DNA of 64,000 nt from an uncultured virus (IMG/VR IMGVR_UViG_3300031890_000412) (Duplodnaviria; Heunggongvirae; Uroviricota; Caudoviricetes): the IMG/VR virus record IMGVR_UViG_3300031890_000412, positions 1 to 64,000 of that record; one strand, written 5' to 3'. Both the position numbers and the translations under genes were made by a program. Position 1 is the stretch's first letter. Each line of letters opens with the position of its first letter. This document shows positions 42,665-53,174 of the stretch, piece by piece. Under the pieces are notes generated by a model, which saw only the letters and a list, made by a program, of their open reading frames with translations, made no database searches and was not told the origin of the DNA.

Positions 42665-43357
42665 CTATCGCTCGAAACTTTTCCAGGTGCGGATCTTTTC
42701 CAGGTAGCTCATGAACCGGCCGATCTCGTCATAGAAATCCTTCGAGGTCTGCCAAAGGCAGTACCGGAAGAACGCATGATAGCGATCGGTGCGGGTGTCG
42801 CGATTGGCCCGGGCGGTGCGGTCGTTGATGGTGCCGTCGATGGTGGCCCAGTAGACATCGTCGTGCATGTCCCCGGCGGTCATCTTGCCGTAGACGGCAT
42901 CCTGCAGCAGCTGGCTGATGCGCGGGGCGACGTCGAGGCGCAGCCGCTGCAACCCGAGGATGGCCTCCTCGAAGTCCTGGCCGGTGAGCTGGCTGTAATC
43001 CTCTAGGAAGCGGCCATCCTCATCACGCTTGTAGACCTGACGTCCCTGCCGGTCGACCAGCGCCATGCCGGTGTGCGGATTGGTGTCGGGTATGTGCATG
43101 GCGCCGTAGAAGCGCTGGAAGATGTCGATGGCGTCGCGGAAGTTGTTGGCGAACTCCTCATCGACAGCGGCCTGGGTACGCACCAGGATGGCCTGATCTT
43201 CGGGGCGCCAGGTGAACCGAATCTTCTCGAAGATCGACTTGCGCTGCTCGACTTCCAGGTCGTCGGCGTCGGTGGGTGCGGCAGGGAGCAAGTCTTCCAG
43301 CGGCTGGTTCAGATCGTCGACAGCCGCCTGGGAAAGACCGTTCGATCCTTCGGTCAC
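42665..43357 (-). CDS. Hypothetical protein (replication module)
   Basis: 230-aa helical ORF coupled to RusA. Confidence 0.6.
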   Translation of the reverse strand: MTEGSNGLSQAAVDDLNQPLEDLLPAAPTDADDLEVEQRKSIFEKIRFTWRPEDQAILVRTQAAVDEEFANNFRDAIDIFQRFYGAMHIPDTNPHTGMALVDRQGRQVYKRDEDGRFLEDYSQLTGQDFEEAILGLQRLRLDVAPRISQLLQDAVYGKMTAGDMHDDVYWATIDGTINDRTARANRDTRTDRYHAFFRYCLWQTSKDFYDEIGRFMSYLEKIRTWKSFER

Positions 43358-43815
43358 TACCCTGTAACCTTCCGCCTCTCGGCCCCATCGGTGGCCCCCT
43401 GCTCGTCAAGATAGCACGTCAAATCGGGTGTGATGTGGATTCGTACACCCATGGGTTCTCCAATTTCTGCCACCCGTTTACGCACGAGCAAAGTGGTCAC
43501 CTGAGCGTCATCGCGCCACACCACGCCCGTCAGTGCATCCAGACATGCTCGGGTGAGCTTATCAATGTCGGGCTTCTTGGTAGCCGGAGGCGTGGGCTTG
43601 GTCTTGGCAGTATTACCGGGTCGGTAAAGCACGAATTCTAGACCAACAGCGAGTGGACCCTCGATTAACTCCATGGGTTCCACCTCTTGATAGGCCGCCA
43701 ACGCAACACGTTCACGCCACGGGCCCAGCTCCTTGTTGTCTTCCCGCATCCCCCAGCGGGTCTTGACCTTCGACCCCTGAGATTGAGGTTTACCCGGGAC
43801 GTAGAACGAGAGCAT
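43357..43815 (-). CDS. rusA: RusA-like Holliday junction resolvase
   Basis: VPGKPQSQGSK, KPDIDKL, LDALTGVVWRDDAQV. Confidence 0.9.
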   Translation of the reverse strand: MLSFYVPGKPQSQGSKVKTRWGMREDNKELGPWRERVALAAYQEVEPMELIEGPLAVGLEFVLYRPGNTAKTKPTPPATKKPDIDKLTRACLDALTGVVWRDDAQVTTLLVRKRVAEIGEPMGVRIHITPDLTCYLDEQGATDGAERRKVTG

Positions 43816-44561
43816 CAACGGGGCCCGTCCGGATGAAGCCAGCACGCGAACCGTACCGGGCAGGTAGTGACCGTAGGACTGTTGGGTGCACAACAATAGA
43901 TCGGCGCACGATTGAGCGCGATAGCCTCACGCACCCGGTCGAACTTCGAGTAGATCTCGGAGAGCAGCGCGTCATTGCGGGCCACCGGGATCTCGCGCAT
44001 TCTAAACGGATAGCCGCTCTCCACCATCAGGATGATGCCGGTTTCCAGCCCCTGGCTGTCCAGCTGGATGGACAGCTGCGCCTCCCACTTCGGCAACAGC
44101 TCGGTCTTGGCAAACTTGAAATGGGTGCGGCTCTTGATCTCCACCACGATCGGACCGCGTGTGAGATGGTCGACGATCGCGTCGATGCGGCCGCGCACGT
44201 GGTGCTCCTCGATGGTGAACATCTTCTCGACGTTCTCCGGCTTCACCAGACCGGTGCGCACCAGATGCCGCTGCAGTATCTCGTGCAGGCTGGTGCCCAC
44301 CCCCGCCGCCATCTCGCGTTCCAGGCTGAACGGCTCGTCTACGGCGAATTTCTGGGTGTCTGGGTGGAAGAGGTAGTACAGCTGGCGTTCGCCCATCAGC
44401 GGGTGCGTGGAGGGGTGAAAATAGCCATCCCCGCGACCCTCCCACACCCCGCCGTGCAGATCGGCGCCGTCGCGTACGGCGGCCCGCATCTGGTTTTCCA
44501 GCATGGGCAGCACAATCTCCTGATTGGCCAGCCGTTTGAGGAGGTTGTCATAGATGGTCAT
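43815..44561 (-). CDS. Cas4/RecB-like PD-(D/E)xK exonuclease
   Basis: FHPS, GTSLHE, GRIDA, VEIKS, C-terminal CC...CPVRFAC. Confidence 0.8.
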   Translation of the reverse strand: MTIYDNLLKRLANQEIVLPMLENQMRAAVRDGADLHGGVWEGRGDGYFHPSTHPLMGERQLYYLFHPDTQKFAVDEPFSLEREMAAGVGTSLHEILQRHLVRTGLVKPENVEKMFTIEEHHVRGRIDAIVDHLTRGPIVVEIKSRTHFKFAKTELLPKWEAQLSIQLDSQGLETGIILMVESGYPFRMREIPVARNDALLSEIYSKFDRVREAIALNRAPIYCCAPNSPTVTTCPVRFACWLHPDGPR

Positions 44562-44926
44562 GGAACTTCCTCCGTTCGCCGCGCCAGGTCGAGCAGTTCC
44601 GCGAAGTCGTTGAGCCTCAGCACAATGTAGTCATCAACTGCACTACCTGTGATAAAGCGAATTGGAATAACGAACCGCTGGCCCAGGTAGTCAGCGCGCT
44701 CACTCTCGGCCAGCAGAAACGCGTGGTTGAGACTGAACGAGCCTTTCTCGGTGCATTTGCAGTCGGCCAGCATCGGGAATGCGGTCTGTGCCGGGTGCCG
44801 GGTGTCGACGGCGTCCCCGCGTGCGTAGAACTGGTTGCCACTGCCCGGCGTGGAATCTAAGCGCAACAGCTGCTGCACGTAGCGCTCGAACGTCTTCCAC
44901 AGAGGTGCCATCTCATTCCTCCCCAA
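44558..44926 (-). CDS. PD-(D/E)xK nuclease / Hjc-like resolvase
   Basis: FER...SG...GD...DCK pattern. Confidence 0.65.
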   Translation of the reverse strand: MGRNEMAPLWKTFERYVQQLLRLDSTPGSGNQFYARGDAVDTRHPAQTAFPMLADCKCTEKGSFSLNHAFLLAESERADYLGQRFVIPIRFITGSAVDDYIVLRLNDFAELLDLARRTEEVP

Positions 44927-46025
44927 ACACCCCCTGGCGGAACAACTCAGCCACCGGCGCTTCGTCCAGATCGTTGGGATTCTGCACCGGGGCTACCTCG
45001 GACACCCGGTCGCGCAGCTGCTCGATGATCGCCACCCGCAGCTGCGCCTGCAGCTCGGGATGGGCTTTGATGTGCGCCGAGAACTGATCGGCGCCGCAGA
45101 TCTTCCCGTCAGGTAAAGACGGGTGGTGATACCAGGCGCCCTTGCGGGTGACGATCGACGTCATGGCGCCCAGCCGGGCGATCTCCTCGGCCTGGTCGAC
45201 ACCGAAGCCCCACTTCTCGGTGCGCACCGACATAAACCACCACTGGCAGGTGCGGCCCTCGATGCCCCCGGCCTGGTTTTTGACGATTTTCGCCGCCACC
45301 GTACCGCCGACTTTGACGCGCTCGCCGTTGATGTCCTCGAAGACTTCGCCTTTGGCTTTCTTGAGATACACCCGCATCACCGCGTTGTGCTTAGGGGCGT
45401 GCCCGCCGGGCGTGATGATGCGATGAAAACCCGCAACGTCATCGCGAGTCTGGTTGACGGCGTAGGTGCAGCATTGGTACTTGGCGGTGAGATTGGCCAT
45501 GATCGGAGCGAAGCGCGCCATTTGGCGGGCGTTGCCGGTCATCTCGTCTTTCTCGGTGTCCATCGACTTGCGGGTGATCGCGCTGGCGATGGAGTCGAAC
45601 AGCACGAAACACACGAAGCCGCTTTTCACCGCCTCTTTGTAGATCTCACAGGCCTGCTCGATATCGTCGGGCTGGGAGTAGATGATGCGCTTGTCCAGGC
45701 GCTCCTCACCCACCAGGGTGGCCAGCCACTCGACGTCCAACTTGTGCTCGGTATCCAAAATCAGCGCGCCGCGCTTGGGCTGAGCGTCGAGGAAGTTGCT
45801 CATGCCCAGCAGCCCCAGCGTGGTCTTGCCGCATTGCTCGGCGCCGAACACCTCCACCATGCGGTCGGATGGCCAGCCGCCGCAGCCGGTGGCCAGATCC
45901 AGCGAGATGGAGCCGGTCGAATACTTGGGGTAGCGCGGCATCTGCGAGGCCATCATCACCGAGCGCGGGCCGAATTTTTCGGCCATCGCATCGTGGATCT
46001 TCTGCGCCTCCGGCTTGGCCGCCAT
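44913..46025 (-). CDS. recA: RecA-like recombinase
   Basis: STGSISLDLATG.GG, GAEQCGKT, FDSIA, NQTRD, TPGG, VKN. Confidence 0.92.
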   Translation of the reverse strand: MAAKPEAQKIHDAMAEKFGPRSVMMASQMPRYPKYSTGSISLDLATGCGGWPSDRMVEVFGAEQCGKTTLGLLGMSNFLDAQPKRGALILDTEHKLDVEWLATLVGEERLDKRIIYSQPDDIEQACEIYKEAVKSGFVCFVLFDSIASAITRKSMDTEKDEMTGNARQMARFAPIMANLTAKYQCCTYAVNQTRDDVAGFHRIITPGGHAPKHNAVMRVYLKKAKGEVFEDINGERVKVGGTVAAKIVKNQAGGIEGRTCQWWFMSVRTEKWGFGVDQAEEIARLGAMTSIVTRKGAWYHHPSLPDGKICGADQFSAHIKAHPELQAQLRVAIIEQLRDRVSEVAPVQNPNDLDEAPVAELFRQGVFGEE

Positions 46026-46211
46026 CAGCCGAAATCTTCGTCGAGGACCCGTGGCGCATCGGGGTCCCCCACCCAGCTGATCTCCCCGGCCTGCCTCGCT
46101 TCGGCCAGAATCTTCATCGCGAACTCGTTGCACAACGCCACCGACGGCCGGAAGGTCGTCCGCTGCTGCACAAGATCCCCGAGCACCACGCCGAAATTCG
46201 CGACCTGGTCT

Positions 46212-49200
46212 TTAGTTGCCATACTCATCCCATATCTTGTCCAGTCGATACAAATTGCTAAGACACACGCCATTGTCTAGGCGCTCGCATTCACAGATCA
46301 CCGGCTTGCCCATCTCGATGGAGTATTTGTACCGCTCCCACGGGCCCGGGAACACCACAATATCGTAGGTGTCGCCCTGCCATTCCACCCCGATGAACGC
46401 CATCTCGGAGCCCGGGTTGCGGCCTTTCTTCGTCTTAGTCTTGCGGATCTTGACGATCTGCCCGCCGATCACCAGCTCCTGGCCGGGCAGATATTTGCGG
46501 ATCTGCGATGGGTTGCGGATCGCTTCGGCGTCGATGGCGCGCACATAGGCACCCATCGGATCGATGGTGACGAAGCTGCCGACCAGCTGCTGCTCGATCT
46601 GGTAGAGCACCTCGTCGTTAGCGAAGTCGGGGACCTCGATCTGAAACCGCTTGGGGTACTTGGCGATCTTGTCGGCCACCAGCGCGTCGCGCTCAGCCGG
46701 GCTAGCCTTGGCCCACTTGCCGGGCCCGATGTCCTTGCCCGCCCAGCGGTACTCGATCTCGCGCAGCATGGCGGTGCGGTCGCCGAACTCGTCCAGTGCC
46801 CCGATCTTCACCAGGTTGACCGCACAGGCTTTGTAGGCGCCTTTCCCGGCGCGCGCCAGATAGTCGTTGAACGAGCTATAGGGCTGCGCAGCCACCAGCG
46901 CCCGGGCGTTGACTTCACCCACGCCATGGATGGCGTCTAGCCCGTAGCGGATGGTCTGCCCTTCGATACGGAACGTCACCCGCGACTCGTTGATGTCGGG
47001 CGGCAGGATGGTCAGCCCTTTGCGCCGGGCGTCGCGCACGAAGTAGTTGCGCTTGGCCTCGTCCACCCGCATGAAGCCGACCAGCATCTCGGCCGGGTAA
47101 TAATGCTTCATCCAGATCTCCCAGGCCGCGATCATGGCGTAGCCCAGCGCGTGGCTCTTGTTGAAGCAGTACCGGCCGGAGGCTTCGATGGAGCGCCAGA
47201 TGTCAGCGGCCACCGGCGCCGGAATCCCCGAATGGGTGCGGCAGCCATCGATGAACTTCTCCTTCATGGCCAGCACTTTGGCCATGATCTTCTTACCGAC
47301 CGCCTTCTGCAGATCCGAGGACTCCGACTGGCTGAACCCGGCCAGCTCCCGAGAGGCTTCCATCAGCTGCTCCTGGTAAACCAGGATGCCGAACGTGCTC
47401 TGGGTGATCGGCTCCATCATCGGGTGCTGGTAGACAACCGACTCAACGCCAGCTCGACGGCGTAGGTACGCGTGGTAGAGACCCGCATCGCGCACACCGG
47501 GGCGGTTGATGGAGATGAGGTCAGCGACTTCAACCATGCTGCGCGGCCGAAACTCGATCGCAGACTCAGTTCCACCGGGTGTGCCCAGCTGGAAGATGCC
47601 AACGGTCTGCCCTTCGTCGATCTGGGTCCAGATGACCGGATCCTCATAGTGGCGCTCGTCGAATGCCTCGTAGTCGATGTCGGCATCGTGGCGTTCCTTG
47701 GCCAGGTCGGCGGCGATCTGCAGCGCATCCAGGTGGCGCAGCGCCAGAAAATCGCCTTTTAGCCCGCCCAGCTCCTCGACGTCATACATGTCAAACTGCG
47801 TCGTCAGCGTGTTGTTCTTGACCCGGGTCGGCAGCGTCCCACCGGCCAGCGACTGATCGCTGATCAGCACGGCGGCGGCGTGCACCCCGGTCTGGCGGAT
47901 CACTCCGAACATCTTGTCGAGATCCTCGAACAGCTTGGGGTGCCTGTCCATGTAGGGACCAATCTCCTTGCGGTGGTCTTCGATGACCTCCTCCCAGCTG
48001 CGGACGTCCTCCTCGGCCGACTCCTCCTCTTCGATCTCGGCGGCGGTGATGCGCTCGACGATCTTGCCGATGTCTTCCAGTTCCTTGTAGTCGATGCCCA
48101 GCATCCGACCGATGTCTTTGACGGTGCCTCGGGCCTGGTTGCGGCTCATCGTGCAGATGGAGCACACGTGGTCGTGTCCCCAGCGGTGCTTGACGTACTC
48201 CTTCATGCCCGCCCGCTTGGAGCGCGGGAAGTCGATGTCGATGTCGGGGAAGCCGGTGCGTTCGGGGATCAGGAAGCGCTCAAACAGCAGTCCGTATTTG
48301 ATCGGGTCGATGCTGGTGATGCCCAGCAGCCAGGCCACTAGGGAGCCGCCCACCGAGCCCCGGCCGGGCCCGATCATCATCGGCTGGGGCCCGGTGCCCA
48401 GCACGTACTGCGCCCAGCTGCCGTCGCGGGCGGCGCGCACGTAGTCGGTGACGATCAGGAAGTACCCGGCGAACCGCTTGTCGCAGATGACCTGCAGCTC
48501 GGACTCCATCCGGCGCCAGTACAGGTCGCGGTCCAGCCCGCCGCGCTCCACCCGGTCGCGGAAGCCTTTCTCCACCAGGTCCAGGAACGTCTCCCAGTCA
48601 TCGGCCTCGCTCTTGGTGAACAGCGGCATGCCCAGCATGGGCTTGATCACCACGTCGCACTGCTCGGCCATATGCGCGGAGTGCTTGATGGCCTCGGACA
48701 CGATCTCCCGGCTGACGCCGTGCCGCTTCATCCAGAAGTGCAGCTCGCTCTCGCTCATCAGCCAGTCGGCCTTCTGCCCGCTGACCTCGGCCTGATCGGG
48801 ATTGGAGTCGGCCCTAAAACCCCACACCAGCTCCTTGTAGCGCCAGTGCCCGGGATAGGCGTAATGGGAATCGTTGACCACCACCATCGGGATGCCCATT
48901 TCGGTGGCCAGGCGAACCTTGGCCTGGTTCAGCTGGGTCATCTCGGCGTTAAGCCGGTGCTGGTCGATGATCTCCCGGCGGCGCTGCGCGGCGGTGATCA
49001 TCTCCTCGGTGTCGCCGGGCAGCCACGGGTTGCCGTTGGCGTCCAGCACCACCACCTCAGGCGGGATATCAGGCAGCTCCATGTACTGCCAGGTATGCAG
49101 TTCCACGTAGAAATTCTCGCGGAAGATCTCGTGCAACCCGCCCATGTACAACCGGGCCAGGTCCTCGTCACCGGCCACCACCGCCCGGTTCAGCCCGGTC

Positions 49201-49679
49201 AGCATGCAACCGTCGCTGGCGTAGAGGCCAGCCGCGTGCTGGCTCAGCAGCTCCGGATCGGCCAGCGGCTTGTTGTAGAAGTGCTTGGCGTCATATGCGG
49301 TGGACGACAGCGCCCACAGGTTGCGCAGCCCCTCCTGATTCTTGGCGATCAGGCACAAATGACTGGTGTTGCCGGTGGGATTCTTCTCCTCCCGCGCTTT
49401 GGCGATGTTGGAACACCAATAGCCTTCCATCCCGAAGATCGGCCGCACCCCCTCGGCGCGGCAGGCCTTCTGGAATGCCAGGTGCTGGTTGACCTCGCCG
49501 TGGTCGGTGAGCGCCACCGCGCTCTGGCGCAGCTCGCGGGCCCGCCGAGCGATCTGGCCGACTTTGGAGAAGCCGTCGAGAAATGAGCCCTCCGAATGGT
49601 TGTGAAAGCCAACCTGATCCTCTGGTTCGGGGGGCCCCGGGTTATCCCCATATCCCGGGGCCGCCGCCACCTGTTCCAT
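46212..49679 (-). CDS. dnaE: DNA polymerase III alpha subunit (start uncertain)
   Basis: PHP HNHSEGSFLDG/TDHG, GPGRGS, FPDIDIDF, FNKSHA, C-terminal OB fold. Confidence 0.95.
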   Translation of the reverse strand: MEQVAAAPGYGDNPGPPEPEDQVGFHNHSEGSFLDGFSKVGQIARRARELRQSAVALTDHGEVNQHLAFQKACRAEGVRPIFGMEGYWCSNIAKAREEKNPTGNTSHLCLIAKNQEGLRNLWALSSTAYDAKHFYNKPLADPELLSQHAAGLYASDGCMLTGLNRAVVAGDEDLARLYMGGLHEIFRENFYVELHTWQYMELPDIPPEVVVLDANGNPWLPGDTEEMITAAQRRREIIDQHRLNAEMTQLNQAKVRLATEMGIPMVVVNDSHYAYPGHWRYKELVWGFRADSNPDQAEVSGQKADWLMSESELHFWMKRHGVSREIVSEAIKHSAHMAEQCDVVIKPMLGMPLFTKSEADDWETFLDLVEKGFRDRVERGGLDRDLYWRRMESELQVICDKRFAGYFLIVTDYVRAARDGSWAQYVLGTGPQPMMIGPGRGSVGGSLVAWLLGITSIDPIKYGLLFERFLIPERTGFPDIDIDFPRSKRAGMKEYVKHRWGHDHVCSICTMSRNQARGTVKDIGRMLGIDYKELEDIGKIVERITAAEIEEEESAEEDVRSWEEVIEDHRKEIGPYMDRHPKLFEDLDKMFGVIRQTGVHAAAVLISDQSLAGGTLPTRVKNNTLTTQFDMYDVEELGGLKGDFLALRHLDALQIAADLAKERHDADIDYEAFDERHYEDPVIWTQIDEGQTVGIFQLGTPGGTESAIEFRPRSMVEVADLISINRPGVRDAGLYHAYLRRRAGVESVVYQHPMMEPITQSTFGILVYQEQLMEASRELAGFSQSESSDLQKAVGKKIMAKVLAMKEKFIDGCRTHSGIPAPVAADIWRSIEASGRYCFNKSHALGYAMIAAWEIWMKHYYPAEMLVGFMRVDEAKRNYFVRDARRKGLTILPPDINESRVTFRIEGQTIRYGLDAIHGVGEVNARALVAAQPYSSFNDYLARAGKGAYKACAVNLVKIGALDEFGDRTAMLREIEYRWAGKDIGPGKWAKASPAERDALVADKIAKYPKRFQIEVPDFANDEVLYQIEQQLVGSFVTIDPMGAYVRAIDAEAIRNPSQIRKYLPGQELVIGGQIVKIRKTKTKKGRNPGSEMAFIGVEWQGDTYDIVVFPGPWERYKYSIEMGKPVICECERLDNGVCLSNLYRLDKIWDEYGN

Positions 49680-49694
49680 GCGGGGATAGCAGGA

Positions 49695-50756
49695 TTAGGT
49701 GGTCTGCTGCTGCTCGGTAGCATGCTGCTTGGCGTGGCCCTGCATGCGTGCCCGCAGCGACTCGAAGGACTGGTCCTCGGCCGGTGCCACCTGCGTCTCG
49801 GGAGCCGGGGCGGCAGCTGGCGTTGGCACCCCGGGCAGCGGGATCGCCGGAGGAGCCGACGGCGCCGGTTCCGGATTGTGCGTGGTGGCCCGGTCGAATT
49901 CGCCGATACCGTCCTGGGCCTCGGTCGTCGCACCGTTACCCCAGCCTCCCGGCGATGAGAGTGCGGGCGCCGGGATCGGCTGACCGGGCATCGGGATCTG
50001 CGGCGGACCGCTGCTGGCCTGCGTCTGCTGTTGCTGCTGCTCGCCCACCAGCCAGAATTTGATGCGGCGCTCGCTGCCATAGTCGTCGGCGAACTCCTTG
50101 GCGGTCTGTGGGCAGTACATGTAACGATCGTTGGCGTTGCCATCCCATGGGCGCCCGTAGCCGTAGTACTCGATGACCACCTTGGGATCACGCAGCGGGT
50201 CGCTGGGGGTGGGATCCACCGGCACGATGGTGTACTTGGTTTCCAGCTTCTCGCCGCGCCGGGTGATCCGGTAGTCGCGATCCATGATGGTGCGGTACAT
50301 GCCGAAGAAGCCGACCATCTGGTCCCAGAAGTTGTTGTGCCCCTGCTTGAACACGATGAATTTGCGGGCCCACAGCCCATCGGGGCGCTGGTAGGTGTCG
50401 TCTTCCAGCTCGAAGGTGGGGCGGGTGTCGCTGCCCGGCGTGGGCTGCACCATCTTCTGGCGCCGGGCCACACCCACACCGATGGTCCGCTTGACGCATT
50501 TGCCGTCCCAGCCGCCAGGCTGGACGTAGCGATTGACCAGGTTCTGTTGGGGATCGGGTACCAGGAAATCCTGGTACTTCCCGTTGGCACAACGGACATT
50601 CACCGCGAAGTCGCTGGTGATGATGTCGTCGGTGAGGAAGCGAACGAATATCGATTCGCCGTCCGCGATCTTGAAGTAGTCCAGGCCGGGGGTGAAATCC
50701 CCGCGCGCGGCCGCTTCCTTCAGTGTTTGTTCCAGCGCGCCAAAACCAGTTTGCAT
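49695..50756 (-). CDS. Single-stranded DNA-binding protein (gp32-like)
   Basis: YFKIADGE..VRFL, DRDYRITRRGEKLETKYTI; position in the replication module; low-complexity tail. Confidence 0.6.
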   Translation of the reverse strand: MQTGFGALEQTLKEAAARGDFTPGLDYFKIADGESIFVRFLTDDIITSDFAVNVRCANGKYQDFLVPDPQQNLVNRYVQPGGWDGKCVKRTIGVGVARRQKMVQPTPGSDTRPTFELEDDTYQRPDGLWARKFIVFKQGHNNFWDQMVGFFGMYRTIMDRDYRITRRGEKLETKYTIVPVDPTPSDPLRDPKVVIEYYGYGRPWDGNANDRYMYCPQTAKEFADDYGSERRIKFWLVGEQQQQQTQASSGPPQIPMPGQPIPAPALSSPGGWGNGATTEAQDGIGEFDRATTHNPEPAPSAPPAIPLPGVPTPAAAPAPETQVAPAEDQSFESLRARMQGHAKQHATEQQQTT

Positions 50757-50811
50757 TTCCGTTGTCCTTTTTCCGAGTTTCACCAAAAAAGCCGGGATCA
50801 GCTTTGCGTTT

Positions 50812-51840
50812 TCAATTTCCCGGTGCGATCGACGCTACCACGCAGGTAAACAGTGCGAAAGAGTTTCCGGACGTGGGTTTCCAGAATCTGGGGATGCGCA
50901 CGATGTTGCCCATGTCCGACCACGTGGGCCTGCGGTCATTGGTCAGCTGCACTCTGATCGCTCGGGTGTAGCGGAACATCGGAGCCAGCGCCATAAGGTG
51001 GAAATACCACAGCTGGGCGACAAGCCGGTCGGTGTAGTGCTCGCCCTCGGAGAACCAATCCCAGTGGTCGTTGCCCGACGCGGTGTCGGCAGCGCGCATA
51101 GCCTGGGAGCGGTCCTGGGCAAAGACCCCACCGTCGCCTATCCGGCCGTCGGTGCGCCCCAGATCGTTGATGATCTCCTCGTCGGGCTGCTCGACGCGCT
51201 TGAAGAACGGGCTGAGGTCCTCGGCGTTCATCGACATCACGATCGGGTTGTCGGCCTCGATCTTCTTGCGGATCCGGCTGTCCACCCACTTCTCGCCCGA
51301 GCGCAGGTTGTCGTAACGCTCCCGGCGCTGGGGGTTGAGCAGCACCCTGGCGATCTCGCGCAGGTACATGAACTCCTCGGTGTCGGGCGCCCAGCCGGTG
51401 TCGGGGTGGGTGCGCCGGTACTTGGTGGCCAGCGCCTTGCGGATCTCGGCCTCGGTGGCATCGGGGCGCACGCCCAGCAGCCGGTAGTAACCGTTGGCAT
51501 CCAAGCCGATCTTGCGGGGGATGCGCATCAGCGCCCGCGCGCAGCTGGGGTAACCCACGCCGGGACAGTGGTCGCGCGAGCTGAAGAATTCTTCCGCGCG
51601 CTGACTGGCCACCCAGACCGGGGTGGCGGGCAGGTTCTCTGGCTCGATGAAGTCGGGCCCGTAGACGTCCCACGGCGCCTCGGGCTCGGGACCAATACCG
51701 AGGGCCGCCTGGATGCTGTCGCGGCCGGGGTGACCCACCAGGGAGCGGTACAGGTCGTTGGCGCTGCTGGGGTGGCGCAGAAAGCGATCGCCGTCATCGG
51801 TCCCCAGAATCTCGTGGATGTGGGGGATCCGGCCCATCAA
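50812..51840 (-). CDS. J-domain (DnaJ-like) protein
   Basis: YYRLLGVRPDATEAEIRKA...HPD...VLLNPQRRERYD. Confidence 0.8.
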   Translation of the reverse strand: MMGRIPHIHEILGTDDGDRFLRHPSSANDLYRSLVGHPGRDSIQAALGIGPEPEAPWDVYGPDFIEPENLPATPVWVASQRAEEFFSSRDHCPGVGYPSCARALMRIPRKIGLDANGYYRLLGVRPDATEAEIRKALATKYRRTHPDTGWAPDTEEFMYLREIARVLLNPQRRERYDNLRSGEKWVDSRIRKKIEADNPIVMSMNAEDLSPFFKRVEQPDEEIINDLGRTDGRIGDGGVFAQDRSQAMRAADTASGNDHWDWFSEGEHYTDRLVAQLWYFHLMALAPMFRYTRAIRVQLTNDRRPTWSDMGNIVRIPRFWKPTSGNSFALFTCVVASIAPGN

Positions 51841-52073
51841 ACCACCCTTTTACTGTGCGGAACGATCGGGTGAGCGGCCAGACTCTCCCGGCGGCGCTTT
51901 ACCAGCCCCCTGTGGCGTTCTGCCAGCTCTTGATGCGCTTTGAGGTTCTCACCATGGGCCTCAGTCAAACGCTCGCGCAGGCGGCTCTGACCCGGCTGCA
52001 GGACCACCCGGCCGGTGTCGGGGTGATAGTGGACCTTGTAACCGTCAGACAGGGTGTGTTCCACGGGATCCAT
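51837..52073 (-). CDS. Small hypothetical protein
   Basis: Coupled ORF. Confidence 0.5.
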   Translation of the reverse strand: MDPVEHTLSDGYKVHYHPDTGRVVLQPGQSRLRERLTEAHGENLKAHQELAERHRGLVKRRRESLAAHPIVPHSKRVV

Positions 52074-53174
52074 TTAGCGCATCCCCTTCCGCACCTTCTC
52101 GGCGTCGTATTGGGCCCGCTTCATGAATGCGGGTACGGCCGAGTCCAACATCGCCTGGACTTCCTCTCTCGTGGAACAGTCTCCCAGATCTCGGCCGGGT
52201 TCGGGGTCCACCACCAGTACCTTGCTCACCGACAGGCCATTGACCAGGGTGCGCTCCCCGGCGCGACCGGCCGGGTCGTCGTCGAACCACACCGTGACCG
52301 ACGCGAAATCGTGCAGCAGTGCCAGCTGGCTGGGCGTCACCTTGGCGCCGAAAGTGGCCAGCACGTAGGGGATCCCCAGCGAATAGGCCTTGGCCACGCT
52401 CATCGGACTCTCTACCACCACCACGTGTGTCATCTTGTGCATGTCCATCAGGCTGCGGGTGCGGCAGTAGTCGTAGCCGTAAAGCGTCTCCGCTTTGGGG
52501 AAACCCAGGCTGGACTTGTACTTCGGGTCCTGCTCAGCCGACTCCGGCCACGGGCCTGGTGGGATGGCGCGTTTCTGGAAGCCGACCAGCTGGCCTTTGA
52601 AGAAATGCGGGAACACAATCCGGTTGTCGGCCTCATCCCATCCCAGATGCAACATCTCGACGGCTTCCTCGGTGATGCCGCGCGACGTCAGGTAGGGATG
52701 CGGCATCGTCCACTGGATCCAGGGATTGAGGATCGACTCCCCGTAGGACGGCGGGGCCACCGTGTAGGCGCCCGGCGCGGCCATGGTGCGCACCAGCTTG
52801 TCTTTGAACGTCTCGTCGTCGTCGGGGCCCGCGTGGATCAGGTCGGAGACGGCCAGCAGCGCCTCGGAGAAGCTCTCCTTGCCCTCCATCTTCATCACCA
52901 GGTGGAAGAGGTCCCCGCGCCACTGGGACGCGTAGCAGATGAACTTGCGCTTCTCCACGTTGACCGACGCGCTCGGGTTGGCATCGCGATTTCTGTGGTG
53001 CGGCTCGACGCGGTCGATCAGGCAGCTGTGCACCAGCTCGGTGGTACCGTCCTCGCCGGGCTGCTCGGTGACGTGCTCGGCGCCGTAGTGGACGAGGACC
53101 TCGCGGGCGTCCAGCGAGTGCAGGTAGCGGTAGTACAGCCGCTCGTCGGCCAACGCCTGCATGCCGGTGATCAT
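52074..53174 (-). CDS. dnaG: DNA primase (DnaG-like)
   Basis: Zn-binding-like N-terminus, YLTSRGI, RIVFP, PKY, VVVES, FDDDPAG. Confidence 0.88.
   Translation of the reverse strand: MITGMQALADERLYYRYLHSLDAREVLVHYGAEHVTEQPGEDGTTELVHSCLIDRVEPHHRNRDANPSASVNVEKRKFICYASQWRGDLFHLVMKMEGKESFSEALLAVSDLIHAGPDDDETFKDKLVRTMAAPGAYTVAPPSYGESILNPWIQWTMPHPYLTSRGITEEAVEMLHLGWDEADNRIVFPHFFKGQLVGFQKRAIPPGPWPESAEQDPKYKSSLGFPKAETLYGYDYCRTRSLMDMHKMTHVVVVESPMSVAKAYSLGIPYVLATFGAKVTPSQLALLHDFASVTVWFDDDPAGRAGERTLVNGLSVSKVLVVDPEPGRDLGDCSTREEVQAMLDSAVPAFMKRAQYDAEKVRKGMR

Noticed and set aside
43815..44561. Cas4-like gene as evidence of a CRISPR system
   Set aside because: No repeat-spacer array or other cas genes seen; solo Cas4-like nucleases are routine in phage recombination modules.
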